This document shows, piece after piece, positions 28,094 through 39,400 of a DNA stretch of 64,000 nt. The position numbers were made by a program, and so were the translations under genes. The DNA is from a virus, in IMG/VR virus record IMGVR_UViG_3300046532_001566, positions 52,086 through 116,085 of that record; one strand, given 5' to 3'. The notes beneath the pieces are model-generated. The model was given only the letters and a program-made list of their open reading frames with translations. It was not told the DNA's origin and searched no databases. The number at the start of each line of letters is the position of its first letter. The first letter of the stretch is position 1.

Positions 28094-29469
28094 TGGCACA
28101 AACATATTTTTATGATCAACAGATCCGAAGATGGCTAATACAATTTATGAGATTGTTTGGAGGCTTTTCTGTAAAGATGGGCAAGGACGAGCAGGGTGCT
28201 GATTTCTTCCAAGTAGTACCTGTTAGATATGGTGATACTAGCAGAATGGCATCACACATTATTAGAGAAAATTCGGAAAATAAAATTAATACGGTTCCAT
28301 TTATATCTGTTTATATTGCTGAATTACTTCCTAATCCTGACAGAAGATTAAATCCAACACATGTTGGTAAAGCACAAGTATTAGAAAAAAGATTTGACTC
28401 TGATCAAGGACAGTTTTTAGATGAGATTGGCGAATCATATACATTAGAAAGGGTTGCTCCTATCCCTTATGATTTAACCCTTAATGTAGATATATGGACA
28501 AGTAATACAGAACAAAAATTACAACTACTAGAACAGATACTATTATTATTCAATCCAAGTGTTAATTTACAAAGTAGTGATAATCCTTTTGATTGGACAA
28601 GTTTAGGAGTTGTTGAATTAATTAACACTACGTGGTCAGCAAGACAAATTCCAATGGGGAATGATGATATTATTGATGTGTCTAGTTTAATATATTCTTT
28701 ACCAATTTACTTAACACCTCCAGCAAAAATTAAAAGGCAAGTTCTCATCCATAGTATATTACAATCAGTGTTTGATGATAAAGGTGACATAGGTCTCGAA
28801 AGTTTAAATCTTAATTTTAATAACAATTCACAACGACAATGGATTACATTTGAAAATAGACATATTAAAGTAAATTCAGATAATATTGAGCTTCGTAATA
28901 CTGATAATAGTAATATTGATAAAAATCAAGGTAGTGATTTATTAGATTGGGAAGATCACTTTAATTTACACGGAGGGTTTAAGCCCGGTATTACTGAAAT
29001 ACGATTACGGATTGGACCAAGTGCATCTTTTGCTGATGAGGCTGATGAGGTTATATTAGTCTGTGATAGTATAGTTTCTACTAATAAAAATTTAATAGCG
29101 TTTACATTAAATCAAGATACATTGCCAATTGATACTATTCTAAGTATTAACGGTATTATTAATCCTCAGAAATCAGAACCTGGAGTAGGTAACTTGCCAG
29201 CAGAAGCAACCGGACAACGTTACTTACTTGTAGAAAATACCATACCATTTGACGGAGCTCCGTGGGGAACAACATTAGAAGCAAAAGAAAACGATATTGT
29301 TGAGTATAATGGCAGTGAATGGGTAGTCAGCTTCAATGCTTTGGCGGTAAACACTATAGGGTATACGACCAATGTCAACTCAGGTGAAAAACTTTACTTT
29401 GATGGTAATGAATGGGTTGTTGCAATAGAAGGAATATTTGCAGAAGGATATTGGAGGATAGTTAACTAG
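28093..29469 (+). CDS. gp15: Tail terminator/sheath stabiliser (gp15-like) with C-terminal extension
   Basis: YFYDQQIRR..QF..LF, VPVRYG, PIPYDL and QLLEQILLLFNP motifs. Confidence 0.85.
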   Translation: MAQTYFYDQQIRRWLIQFMRLFGGFSVKMGKDEQGADFFQVVPVRYGDTSRMASHIIRENSENKINTVPFISVYIAELLPNPDRRLNPTHVGKAQVLEKRFDSDQGQFLDEIGESYTLERVAPIPYDLTLNVDIWTSNTEQKLQLLEQILLLFNPSVNLQSSDNPFDWTSLGVVELINTTWSARQIPMGNDDIIDVSSLIYSLPIYLTPPAKIKRQVLIHSILQSVFDDKGDIGLESLNLNFNNNSQRQWITFENRHIKVNSDNIELRNTDNSNIDKNQGSDLLDWEDHFNLHGGFKPGITEIRLRIGPSASFADEADEVILVCDSIVSTNKNLIAFTLNQDTLPIDTILSINGIINPQKSEPGVGNLPAEATGQRYLLVENTIPFDGAPWGTTLEAKENDIVEYNGSEWVVSFNALAVNTIGYTTNVNSGEKLYFDGNEWVVAIEGIFAEGYWRIVN

Positions 29470-29477
29470 GTAGTATT

Positions 29478-29915
29478 ATGTTGAGAGCAGTAGGAGCGTT
29501 AATTATATGTCAAAAGACACAACGGGCAATGATGCAGTTAAGAAGCGAAGCAGAACGTCATAGTATGTGTTGGGGCTTATGGGGTGGAAAACTTATAGGC
29601 AAAGAAGGTGACTTAGAAGGACTTAAACGAGAACTTGTTGAAGAACTCGGTCATCCAGGGGTGCCTGGTACTATTGGTATTAGTCACATTTATACATTCA
29701 CAACAAGAAATAGACATTTTAGACATGTAAGTTATGCTGTCTTATGTGAAGACGAATTTATTCCTACTTTAAATGAAGAGAGTGCCGGTTATTGCTGGGT
29801 AACATTACAATCCTGGCCAACACCTTTACATTTTAACACTGGAAAAATGTTTAAAAGTAGAGCATTTAAAGAGACATTGAAAAGTATATTGAGTGATGAA
29901 TTTACGAATAATTAA
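29478..29915 (+). CDS. NUDIX hydrolase
   Basis: WGLWGGK...E....GLKRELVEELG Nudix box, and LNEE..GYCW. Confidence 0.85.
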   Translation: MLRAVGALIICQKTQRAMMQLRSEAERHSMCWGLWGGKLIGKEGDLEGLKRELVEELGHPGVPGTIGISHIYTFTTRNRHFRHVSYAVLCEDEFIPTLNEESAGYCWVTLQSWPTPLHFNTGKMFKSRAFKETLKSILSDEFTNN

Positions 29916-30318
29916 CAATACGCCACCAATAGAGTTTTACAATGGTCCTCATAAGCAAATGATATTTACATTATGCAATGAAGAAGAATTAAACAACCCA
30001 TTATTAAATCGGTTATATAAAGAGAATGTATGTTACACAGAACGTTGGTATTTAGAATCTAGAAAATTAATCTTTGATGAGAATTGGATCCATCCAATTT
30101 TAAAAAGTATTTGTATAGATACTGTTCTTAAAGCCAAGATTATTAAAAGTACAGTCATAGATGGAGTTATTATGAGAAATTTTCTTAATGATAAATCTCT
30201 TCCAGAATATCATATTAGTGCTGGGATTAATTTAAAAAAATTACATAGATGGTGTGGATTTTTCTCTAGTCTTCCCGATAAAGTAGAAACTCTTGTTGCC
30301 CTAAATGGCCAATCTTAA
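29893..30318 (+). CDS. Hypothetical protein
   Basis: 141-aa ORF following the NUDIX gene. Confidence 0.6.
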   Translation: MMNLRIINNTPPIEFYNGPHKQMIFTLCNEEELNNPLLNRLYKENVCYTERWYLESRKLIFDENWIHPILKSICIDTVLKAKIIKSTVIDGVIMRNFLNDKSLPEYHISAGINLKKLHRWCGFFSSLPDKVETLVALNGQS

Positions 30319-30916
30319 TACTTAAATTAATATCACACCATATATCGTAACCAACCTCAATAGCTTTTGTACAAAATCCCATGTCTTCACCGTGCCAACT
30401 ATCTGTTAGTTCGTGCCAAGTTAAAGGAAACCATGGTGCTGGTATCTGGTTGTATACGTCAGACTTTACTAACATACACCCCATACCAGCATATTTTACT
30501 TTTTTCATAGATCCTGATATTTCTACAGGAACAACTGGATCTATATCTGCAAATGCAGTTGGATGAAACGGTTCAACTCTTTTTGAATACGTTGCACATA
30601 CTATGTCTTTATTGTGATTTATTAAATCTACAATAACATCTTCAGGAAACGTCATATCACTGTCAAACCACATAACGTAATCTGCTTTATAATAATCTAT
30701 TGACCGTCTAGCTAAAAATTGCCGTTGACTACTCAGTACTGTACCCAAGTCCATGATAATATCAACTTGATATCCTAGCTTCTCAGTATAACGTAATGCT
30801 TCAATTAAAAAAAATGCAAACTCAGAATGAACCATTCCGTTTGTTGGAACACAGATAGCAATATGTTTGTTTGTATCTGTGATTTCTACTGGAGCAGTTA
30901 AATTTTTCCCAAACAC
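30266..30916 (-). CDS. Glycosyltransferase (GT2/GT-A fold)
   Basis: IAICVP, WFDSD (DxD), GMGCMLVK, GEDMGFC and IGHLG motifs. Confidence 0.85.
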   Translation of the reverse strand: MFGKNLTAPVEITDTNKHIAICVPTNGMVHSEFAFFLIEALRYTEKLGYQVDIIMDLGTVLSSQRQFLARRSIDYYKADYVMWFDSDMTFPEDVIVDLINHNKDIVCATYSKRVEPFHPTAFADIDPVVPVEISGSMKKVKYAGMGCMLVKSDVYNQIPAPWFPLTWHELTDSWHGEDMGFCTKAIEVGYDIWCDINLSIKIGHLGQQEFLLYRED

Positions 30917-30918
30917 AA

Positions 30919-31458
30919 TTAGTCCTCATTAACATCGTCAGATGATTGATCAGGTGATATTTCTGCTTTTTTATTTGCAACTCTTTCAGCTCCACGTGTA
31001 GTTTTATTAACTACATTAAGATATGTTTGAGTTTTAATAATAGTATTTTCATAAACATTAAGTGGTAGATTTAACATATCGTTCATATTAGCAGAAGTCA
31101 TTTTATTAGATAGTGCTTCTACTGCCGCACGTCTTGATAAAGTTTCTGCCCAATATTCAGGCTCTGCTTCTTCAAGTGCTTCAACTAAATTATCTTTTCC
31201 AATGTCTTCTAACAGATTGTTAATCTTGTCTTGAACAATAACCATTTCGTTTATTACTGCTTGCTTTTCCCAATCTGATCTACATGATGTTTCATAATGA
31301 TTAAATAATTGGTCAATATCTTGACATAATAGTAATACTAAACGAGGCCCTTCGGCTTCGTTGTATAAAAAATTATCTCTTTCAAATTTTGTTCTAAAAG
31401 GAATTCCAGACTGTATTCCTCTAATTTCACCCATAATATCTTCTGCGGATTTTGACAT
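30919..31458 (-). CDS. Hypothetical helical protein
   Basis: 179-aa ORF with AAGGAG SD. Confidence 0.7.
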   Translation of the reverse strand: MSKSAEDIMGEIRGIQSGIPFRTKFERDNFLYNEAEGPRLVLLLCQDIDQLFNHYETSCRSDWEKQAVINEMVIVQDKINNLLEDIGKDNLVEALEEAEPEYWAETLSRRAAVEALSNKMTSANMNDMLNLPLNVYENTIIKTQTYLNVVNKTTRGAERVANKKAEISPDQSSDDVNED

Positions 31459-31517
31459 AACGTCTCCTTTATAATTACTGCTAGTATATATAAGATTTTA
31501 GTGGTGGTGTTTTACCC

Positions 31518-31550
31518 AGAAAGAGAGGAGCATAAATGCCCCCCTCTTCT
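31518..31550 (-). terminator. Probable terminator after the fibre operon
   Basis: GAGGGGGCA..TGCTCCTC-TCTTTCT on the minus strand. Confidence 0.55.
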
Positions 31551-31557
31551 TAATTAA

Positions 31558-31773
31558 TTAAGATCTATTATCTGTGTCAGTTGTATCATGTGGTGCATAG
31601 TGGCCACCAAATGTTGAACTAATAGATACGGCTCCTGTTGTAATTCCAAGTGAATTACCAAGATTTGCACGAAGATGAATATAAGCACCTGCGGCAGGAA
31701 GTGAACCTGAAAAACCTTTTCTTATTCGTCCCATTGATTTTTTGGAACCTGTTGCTGGAAATGCTCTAGCCAT
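31558..31773 (-). CDS. Small protein following the S74 fibre
   Basis: 71-aa ORF with AAGGAG SD. Confidence 0.65.
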   Translation of the reverse strand: MARAFPATGSKKSMGRIRKGFSGSLPAAGAYIHLRANLGNSLGITTGAVSISSTFGGHYAPHDTTDTDNRS

Positions 31774-31798
31774 TTTGAGCTCCTTTAGTTCTTAAAAA

Positions 31799-33604
31799 TC
31801 AATGTAAAGTCTTCTTTACATCAGCTTGTAGTTGTTCAATCATTGCTTGTTGCTCTTTCATTGCTTCAACTAAAACTGTAACTACTTTATCATATCTAAT
31901 TGTTTTATAACCAGCTAATCCAGATTCACAAACTAGTTCTGGGAAAACTGCTTCAACTTCACCAGCAAGTAGGCCGATTTGGTTATCAACTCTTTCAACA
32001 CCAAGTGATGCCGCTAAGTCGTTTGCTTTGTAGTTATATCCGCCCATTGCCATAACGCCTTGTAGTGCATTTTGCACTGGAACGATGTCTTTCTTAAGTC
32101 TCTCATCTGAGAAGTAAGCTGTTACTTCGCCTGTTGCTGTAATACTACCAGTAACTGCAAGAGTACCTGTATAAGATCCAGACATGGATAAAGTACCTGT
32201 TCCAGTAATTGTTCCACCAGTTAAGCCGTTGCTTGTTGCAACAGATGTAACACCAGTTGCCGGCATGTTAATGAAATTATTACCATCTAAGTAATGAGCA
32301 CTAGATAGTCCGTCTAATAAGTCAGCATCTAGTCCACTTCCGCTACCATCAACTGTTTTGATAAGTGTTAAGATTTCTGCAGATGTTTGGTCTGCTGTTG
32401 CTCCAGACTCAATAGTAGCTAATTTTGAAGTATTAGTAGCTACTGTACTTGCAGGTGCATAAAAAGCACTAGATTGACCGTCTAATAAGTCAGCGTCTAG
32501 TCCACTTCCGCTACCATCAACTGTTTTAATTTTAGTTAAAATTTCAGTGGCAGTTTCTGCGGCCGGCATATTAGAAAAGTTGTTTGCATCTAAGTAGAAA
32601 GCTCCTTGTTGTGCGTCTAATAAGTCAGCATCTAAACCAGATGATACCCCGTCAACTGTTTTAATTTTAGTTAAAACATCTGCGGCAGTATAGGTTGTAG
32701 TTGCTACTTTAGCATCAATTAGGTTTGTGATAGTAGTTGAGAAACTAGCGTCGTCACCAAGTGCCGCGGCTAATTCATTCAATGTATCAAGTGTTCCTGG
32801 TGCTGACGCAACTAGTGCGGCAATTTCTGAGTCAACATAGTTTTTAGTTGCACCATCTGTACTTACAGTAGGAGCTCCAAGATTACTAATTTTGTTACTA
32901 TTCATGTGGATGACATCACCAAACTCAACATTAATACCTGCAGAATCTACAATTCTGTTAGATGATTGAAGTGATAATGTACCCATAACTTGAACAGTAC
33001 CAGTACCAGTTGGAGTAAGTTCTACTGAACCTGTTCCTGATGTTTCAAGACGTACATCTTGGTTAACATCTGTAGACATTGTAATAGCGCCTGAATCATC
33101 AGACAATGTTTGCTTACCGTTAATGTATAACGAACCAGGGCCAACAAATATATCTTTGTAAGCCATAGTTGAAGAACCTAAGCTGTATGTGTTATCAGTA
33201 ACTGGTAAAATATTTCTACTTGTTGCGTCACCAGTTAAAGTTAAACCAGCAAATGACGGTGAACCAGCTGTACTTACATCTTGTGATGTAGTCATTTCAC
33301 CTGTTGTTGAGTTGTATGAAAGTCCTGTTCCAGCGGAAAGTGCCGCTCTTGCTCTTGTATCTGTATAATAAAGGCTTGTTGAACCTTCTGTAACTTCGTC
33401 TGTTCCTACTACGACAGCTCCTGATGATCCATTAACGCTTATAACTGGACCGACTTCTACGATACTAGCAGTTCCACTGACAGATTTTTTGATGTACATC
33501 TTTCCGTCATATGTATTAATTGCTACTTCGCCTAATTCGATCTGAGACGTTGTTGGAATGTTGCTTGCCGTGGCGGATCTTTTTAAAATAATGGTATTTG
33601 CCAT
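31799..33604 (-). CDS. Tail fibre with C-terminal peptidase S74 intramolecular chaperone
   Basis: Mtd-like N-terminus (LKRS...GEVAINTYDGK), three IKTVDG.SGLDADLLD repeats, and FSDERLKKDI...GLLAGEVE..FPELV...VEAMKE. Confidence 0.9.
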   Translation of the reverse strand: MANTIILKRSATASNIPTTSQIELGEVAINTYDGKMYIKKSVSGTASIVEVGPVISVNGSSGAVVVGTDEVTEGSTSLYYTDTRARAALSAGTGLSYNSTTGEMTTSQDVSTAGSPSFAGLTLTGDATSRNILPVTDNTYSLGSSTMAYKDIFVGPGSLYINGKQTLSDDSGAITMSTDVNQDVRLETSGTGSVELTPTGTGTVQVMGTLSLQSSNRIVDSAGINVEFGDVIHMNSNKISNLGAPTVSTDGATKNYVDSEIAALVASAPGTLDTLNELAAALGDDASFSTTITNLIDAKVATTTYTAADVLTKIKTVDGVSSGLDADLLDAQQGAFYLDANNFSNMPAAETATEILTKIKTVDGSGSGLDADLLDGQSSAFYAPASTVATNTSKLATIESGATADQTSAEILTLIKTVDGSGSGLDADLLDGLSSAHYLDGNNFINMPATGVTSVATSNGLTGGTITGTGTLSMSGSYTGTLAVTGSITATGEVTAYFSDERLKKDIVPVQNALQGVMAMGGYNYKANDLAASLGVERVDNQIGLLAGEVEAVFPELVCESGLAGYKTIRYDKVVTVLVEAMKEQQAMIEQLQADVKKTLH

Positions 33605-33721
33605 TTGAGTATATACTCCCGGGTAATTTTAGCACAATGAAGGTTCGTCCCTCATCTTATGTGTTTCCGTAGTTATTTATACATAAAGGTAAATTAATTG
33701 TTTGTTATATATGAATTATTT

Positions 33722-36271
33722 TTAGAAAGAACCGCCGTCTATGCTCTTGTTATCCAAGGTTTCTGTGCCAGTAAGCGATGCCTTGGTATCTAGTTGAGTT
33801 TGAACATTACTTGTAACACCATCTACATAATTAAGTTCAGTAGCCGAAGCTGTTATATCTGTTCCTGCAATTTGTAAAGTTGTTGCATTTACTACTCCAG
33901 CTCCACTATAAATTACAGCTTTATTATTAACAATAGTTCCTGGTGCTGAGCCATCGGTTAAGTTTATTTCCCATCCTGTTGATGTAATTTGAGTATTATT
34001 TAAATAAAATAGTGCAGTTCTTACATAAACTCTATCACTTGTGCTATTTCCAAGATATGTATAAGTACCATTTAAATAAGTAGTTCCACTGTTAGTTATG
34101 CCAGTAGCATTAATTGAACCACCTGACTGGTTGCCTGTAACATTACCTGTTACATTACCTCCGACATCGCCGTTCATAAAACCTGTAAATACAGCAGTTG
34201 TGCCACTGTGATTTATAACATTGGCTCCATCAAAGAGTAGTTTGAAACTTGGTGTTAAAGTTGTACCTGATGAAAAATTAATTTTACTAATAGCCCAATG
34301 ATCAAAATCTCCGTTAGCAGTATGAACGTTTTCAAATTTAAATTTAACACTACTTGCTTTAGCATTTGTTGGTAAAGTAAGTTCTACAGTAGTCCAGGTG
34401 GGATATACTTTTGGACTTCCGTAATATGTTTGCATAAGTGTGTAACTTGAGCCATTGTTAGTACTATAGTAGATTTTAAAATCATCACCACTATCAGTAT
34501 TTTCACCACCGTTACCACCGGAGGTGTTAGTACCTTGGATTATGTCAAAACCAAGTCTTGTATAACTTGATGTATTAAGGCTTGCAGTTGTAAGGAATCT
34601 ATAGCCACTAGTGCCAGCATCTCCTCTAAAACCAAATATACTATTAGCACCTGACGGATTAGCAAAACCAGCTGTACCAGTTCCTGTTCCATTTGTTCTT
34701 AATATAATATCTTCGTAATTACCATAGTTACTTCCACCCGCATTAAATATTCCAGAACCATCTGTTGTAATATTACCACCTGATATAGCAACAGCATATG
34801 CTGATGTATTTGATACATTACCAGTACTACCTGTTGATGCTGTATTTAAATTAATTTCTAATTCAGTGCCAGTATATGTAGATTTAGAGTCTAATGTTTC
34901 ACTAAGTGTAACTGGAAGGTAAGTTCCTAAGTCACTAATTTGCGATTCAGTTATGCTTAGTGCTGATTGATGTCCAGTAACATCTGATTCTGTAACAGTA
35001 TAATCTGTTAGATAACTTGAACTTGCATGATTTCCCCATCCGTATGAGGTATCCCATTGACCAACTTTTGTATCTGTAATGTTATTAGAACCCATATCAA
35101 TATAGTTTCCATTAGCATCCAATGTACCACCTAACTGTGGAGTTTTGTCTTCTGATATTTCGTTAACGTCATCTCCATCTGCTTCTGCATTACCACTTGA
35201 ATCAAATTTACGTGATTTCATTTTACCTGATGTAGCATCTCGTTCAATTTTTATTTTTTTACCCGTGCTATCAACTAGTTCAATAGCACTTGCTCTAATT
35301 ATTTTTCTATTACCCGAACTATCTTTAATATCAAGATTATCACTGCCATCATTTGTTAGTGTAGCACCGCCTAAATCAATAGTGCTACCTGCTAGGTAAA
35401 GGTCATTAAATCTATAAGTTGCTGATCCAAGGTCATATGTTTCTGTTGTATCTGGAATTAAGTTTCCTGAGATTGTTGACGCACCAATTGTTTTATTAGT
35501 TAATGTGTCTGTTGAACTAGCTGTTAGATAACCAGCATCATTTGTAAAAACAGAAACTCCAGAACTTAACGTTGGTACATATGTTTCATCAATACTAAAC
35601 GTCTTGTGACCAATTGTATTGTAAGCTGATCCACTTAATCCAGTTCCTGCATTAAGCCAGCCCCAAGCAAATGCCCATTCACCAGTTGTATTATCATATG
35701 TTACATTAGATGGATAAGAGTCTTTTGAAATTGCTTGTCTTGCTAATGTATCTGAATAGAATTTGTTAGTAGATCCTTCGGTAATATTATCTGTATCTAA
35801 AGCATGTTCTGTAACAGCAGAAATTATTCCGTTAGACTGTACTGATAAACCTATTAAAGTTGAACCATCTCCATATGAATCTTCTAATCCTGCTACAATT
35901 TGCGTTTGCTTAGTAAACGATAACGATGTTTCGTCTGGAACAATAGTCCCAGTAGTTGTTAATAACCAATTACTTTTACTAAAAGAAGTTCCTTCTTCAA
36001 CATAAACTGATAATCCAGAAGTAACTTCAGCAGAACTATCAGCATCAAATGATCTTGCCAATGTTCCGTCTACTGATTTAACATAAATTCCGTTTTGAGT
36101 AGCATTAGTTTGTCCAGTTAACAACACTCTGTCATCTGTAGAAAGTGATACTCCGTCAATAGACGATACTGTTGAATCTATACTAACATTTGTTGACGAA
36201 GCAACAAGGACACTGTCTTTGTAATCAGTTAATCCTCTAATGTGTTTTACTTGGCCTCTAAATAATGGCAT
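33722..36271 (-). CDS. Virion fibre/adhesin protein with reelin-subrepeat-like domain
   Basis: DRVLL.GQT..TQNGIY fibre domain, Asp-box YSTNNGSSY, Ser/Thr/Gly-rich, C-terminal IDGGSF. Confidence 0.8.
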   Translation of the reverse strand: MPLFRGQVKHIRGLTDYKDSVLVASSTNVSIDSTVSSIDGVSLSTDDRVLLTGQTNATQNGIYVKSVDGTLARSFDADSSAEVTSGLSVYVEEGTSFSKSNWLLTTTGTIVPDETSLSFTKQTQIVAGLEDSYGDGSTLIGLSVQSNGIISAVTEHALDTDNITEGSTNKFYSDTLARQAISKDSYPSNVTYDNTTGEWAFAWGWLNAGTGLSGSAYNTIGHKTFSIDETYVPTLSSGVSVFTNDAGYLTASSTDTLTNKTIGASTISGNLIPDTTETYDLGSATYRFNDLYLAGSTIDLGGATLTNDGSDNLDIKDSSGNRKIIRASAIELVDSTGKKIKIERDATSGKMKSRKFDSSGNAEADGDDVNEISEDKTPQLGGTLDANGNYIDMGSNNITDTKVGQWDTSYGWGNHASSSYLTDYTVTESDVTGHQSALSITESQISDLGTYLPVTLSETLDSKSTYTGTELEINLNTASTGSTGNVSNTSAYAVAISGGNITTDGSGIFNAGGSNYGNYEDIILRTNGTGTGTAGFANPSGANSIFGFRGDAGTSGYRFLTTASLNTSSYTRLGFDIIQGTNTSGGNGGENTDSGDDFKIYYSTNNGSSYTLMQTYYGSPKVYPTWTTVELTLPTNAKASSVKFKFENVHTANGDFDHWAISKINFSSGTTLTPSFKLLFDGANVINHSGTTAVFTGFMNGDVGGNVTGNVTGNQSGGSINATGITNSGTTYLNGTYTYLGNSTSDRVYVRTALFYLNNTQITSTGWEINLTDGSAPGTIVNNKAVIYSGAGVVNATTLQIAGTDITASATELNYVDGVTSNVQTQLDTKASLTGTETLDNKSIDGGSF

Positions 36272-36342
36272 ATTTTATCCTTTTAACTGTATCTGACAAT
36301 GACTTATACATAAGGTATTTATGTCTTTGTGCTGATAATGTA

Positions 36343-36375
36343 GAGAAAGAATAAGGGGCAAATTGCCCCTTATTC
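36343..36375 (-). terminator. Terminator after the 1283-aa fibre gene
   Basis: GAATAAGGGGCA-ATT-TGCCCCTTATTC followed by TTTCT. Confidence 0.75.
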
Positions 36376-36405
36376 AATACTTCTATACTTTATTTTAATT
36401 AATGA

Positions 36406-39400
36406 TTAGTATGTACCACCATCAATCGTGTCGTTTTCGTTAAGCAATCCATCAGTATTCAATGTACCACCTATAATATAACGAACTGTAACAATGTCGT
36501 TAGCTTCAGGGGCAGTATCAAACACAATAGTTGACTCACTGTTTGCAGTAGTCATTGTGTAAGAATATGTTGGAGCTTGGAAGATACCGTTAACAAAAAC
36601 TGTAGTATTATCAATTGATGCTACTTCGATTCCTGTTAATGTAAAGCTAGTATCTGTACCATTAGCAGTAAAGTTAGAATGGGTTGATGTAGTTGAAAGA
36701 TCGTTAGTTACGAACTCTGCTCCTACTGCGTCCCATACTAGAGCATATCCGTCTTGAACACCAGTAGTACTGACGTCTGACATATCTGCAATACTTGCTA
36801 AGGCAATCCGAGCATCTGCTCTTGCATTTGTATAGTACTCGTTTACTGCACCTTCTGCTATAGCATCTGTATCAGGAGTATTATATGTAAGTGTTCCTGT
36901 TCCAGAAGCATAAGCAAGGATTGATGAATCATCAGATACTAATGTAATAGCCTGATGTACTCTAGCAGAAGTATGGTAAAGATTACTTGAACCTTCATCT
37001 ACTTCATCAGTACCAATAACAACAACACCTGTTGCTCCATTGACACTAGTTACACCCGCTGTTGATGAAATAACACCTGTTGCAGAGTCATAGCTAATAT
37101 TAGAACCAGCTGAAATTGCCGATCTTGCTCTTGAAGTTGTAAAGTACTGATTAGTAGCACCTTCAGTAACATCATCAGTATCCATTTGTCCAATTGCAAA
37201 CGTAAATCCGCCTGCGTTATCATATGACATAATATCCTGGTTATCAGATGTTAAAGATATTGTACTATGTACTCTTGCATTAGTATAGTACTGGTTTGAT
37301 GCACCTTCAGAAACATCATCAGTATCATGGTTTGCTAAAGCAAAACCAATAATACCAGTTCCAGAAGAGTAAGTTAAATCACCACTAACTGAAACTGCGG
37401 CTCTTGCTCTAGTGTTAGTAAAGTAAAGATTGCTTGTACCTTCAGTAATACCATCTGAGTCAGGTGTAGAATAACTAAACACTCCAGTTGCAGAAGAGTA
37501 AGTTAAATCTGTACTTGAGTCTGCACTAACTGCGGCTCTTGCTCTAGCATCTGTGTAGTACTTGTTAACACCTTCAGAAACATCATCAGTATCCGGAGTT
37601 GCTTGAGTAGAAACACCTGTTGCAGAGTCATAAGTTGTTAACCAACCTGTGCTACTAACAGCGGCTCTTACACGAGTATCAGTATAGTACTTGTTTAATA
37701 ACCCTTCAGTAACATCATCAGTGTCATGATCAGATAAAGCAAAACCAAATACACCAGATGTGTTATAAGTTAAATCACCTGTTGCACTTATTGTACCATG
37801 CACTCTTGCAGTTGTATAATAAAGGTTATTTGTACCTTCAGCAACACCATCAGTATTACCTTGAGTATATGTTATAACACCTGTTGAGCTGTTATATGCT
37901 AGTTCAGTACCGCTAACACTAACTGCGGCTCTTGCTCTAGCATCTGTAAAGTACTTATTAGTAGCAACCGGAGATTCATCAATATCATCAGTGTCATGAT
38001 TACTAACATCTGAAACTGTACCAGTTACATCACCAGTTACATCACCAGTTAAATTACCTGTAAATTTAGATGATGCCGTAACTGCACCAACAAAGATATC
38101 TTTGTTGAACGTCCAAGCATCCGTTGCAGATCCATAAAGAATTGTTGCACCGGCTCCAGCAACAGTTAAACCTGCACCGTTTGCCGCGGCCGCATCTGCG
38201 GCTCCTGAAGCTACAGTAATATTAACATCTTCAACTGAAAGATTTGCAGTGTCAATAGTAGTTGTTGTACCGTTAACTGTAAGGTCACCGTCAATAGTAA
38301 CAGCATTAAACTGAACATCAGATGTTGTTCCAACATCCTGGCCAATTGAAATAGCACCAGATGCAATAGCTACACCAGTACCAGCACTAATAGCCGCTTG
38401 GGCTCTTGCGTTAGTAAAGTAAAGATTATTTGAACCTTCAGTAACACCATCTGTAGTTGGTGTAGTATATGAAATAACACCAGTTGAAGCATTATAACTT
38501 AACGAACCAGTTGCAGAAACTGCGGCTCTTACACGAGCATCTGTATACCACTTATTAGTAGCACCTGGAATCTCAAGAATATCATCAGTATCAATAACAA
38601 CAGTACCAGATGATCCGTTAACAGTTGCAACTAATGCGGCAGTAGACATAATACCAGTAGTACTATCATATGATAATGCACTACCGCTAACACTAATTGC
38701 CGATCTTGCTCTTGCAGTTGTATAATAAAGATTACTTGAACCTTCACTTACTGTATCTGTATTACCTTGTGTGAAACTAACTACACCAGTTGAAGCATTA
38801 TAACTTAATGAACCAGTTGCAGAAATTGCGGCTCTTGCACGAGCCTCTGTGAAGTAAAGACTAGTTGAACCTTCAGTAATACCATCTGTAGTTGGTGTAG
38901 AATAATTAAACTCTCCAGAAGTACTATTGTAAGTCATGTCACTAACAGGTGACACAGATAGTGACGATCTTGTTCTTGCAGTTGTATGATAAAGATTACT
39001 TGTACCTTCAGTAATACCATCTGAATCAGGTGTAGTATATGAAATAATACCTGTTCCAGAATCATACGCTATACTTCCACTAGCTGAAACTGCGGCTCTT
39101 GCTCTAGCAGTTGTATGATAAAGATTACTTGAACCTTCAGTAACATCATCAGTGTCATGATCAGATAAAGCAAAACTAAATTCACCTGCGGCTGAGCTAT
39201 ATTGTAGATCACCTATAACAGAAGCACTAACTGCGGCTCTTACTCTTGCAGTTGTATGATAAAGATTACTTGAACCTTCAGTAATACCATCTGTAATTGG
39301 TTTAGTATATGTTAAAGCTCCGGTTCCGCTATTATAAGAAAGAACTGTAGTATCAGAACTTGTTAATAGAATAGAAGATCTTGCTCTTGCAGTTGTAAAG

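Noticed and set aside
31799-33604. Diversity-generating retroelement, suggested by the Mtd-like N-terminus
   Set aside because: No reverse transcriptase and no TR/VR pair differing at adenines in this window. The C-terminus is an S74 chaperone.
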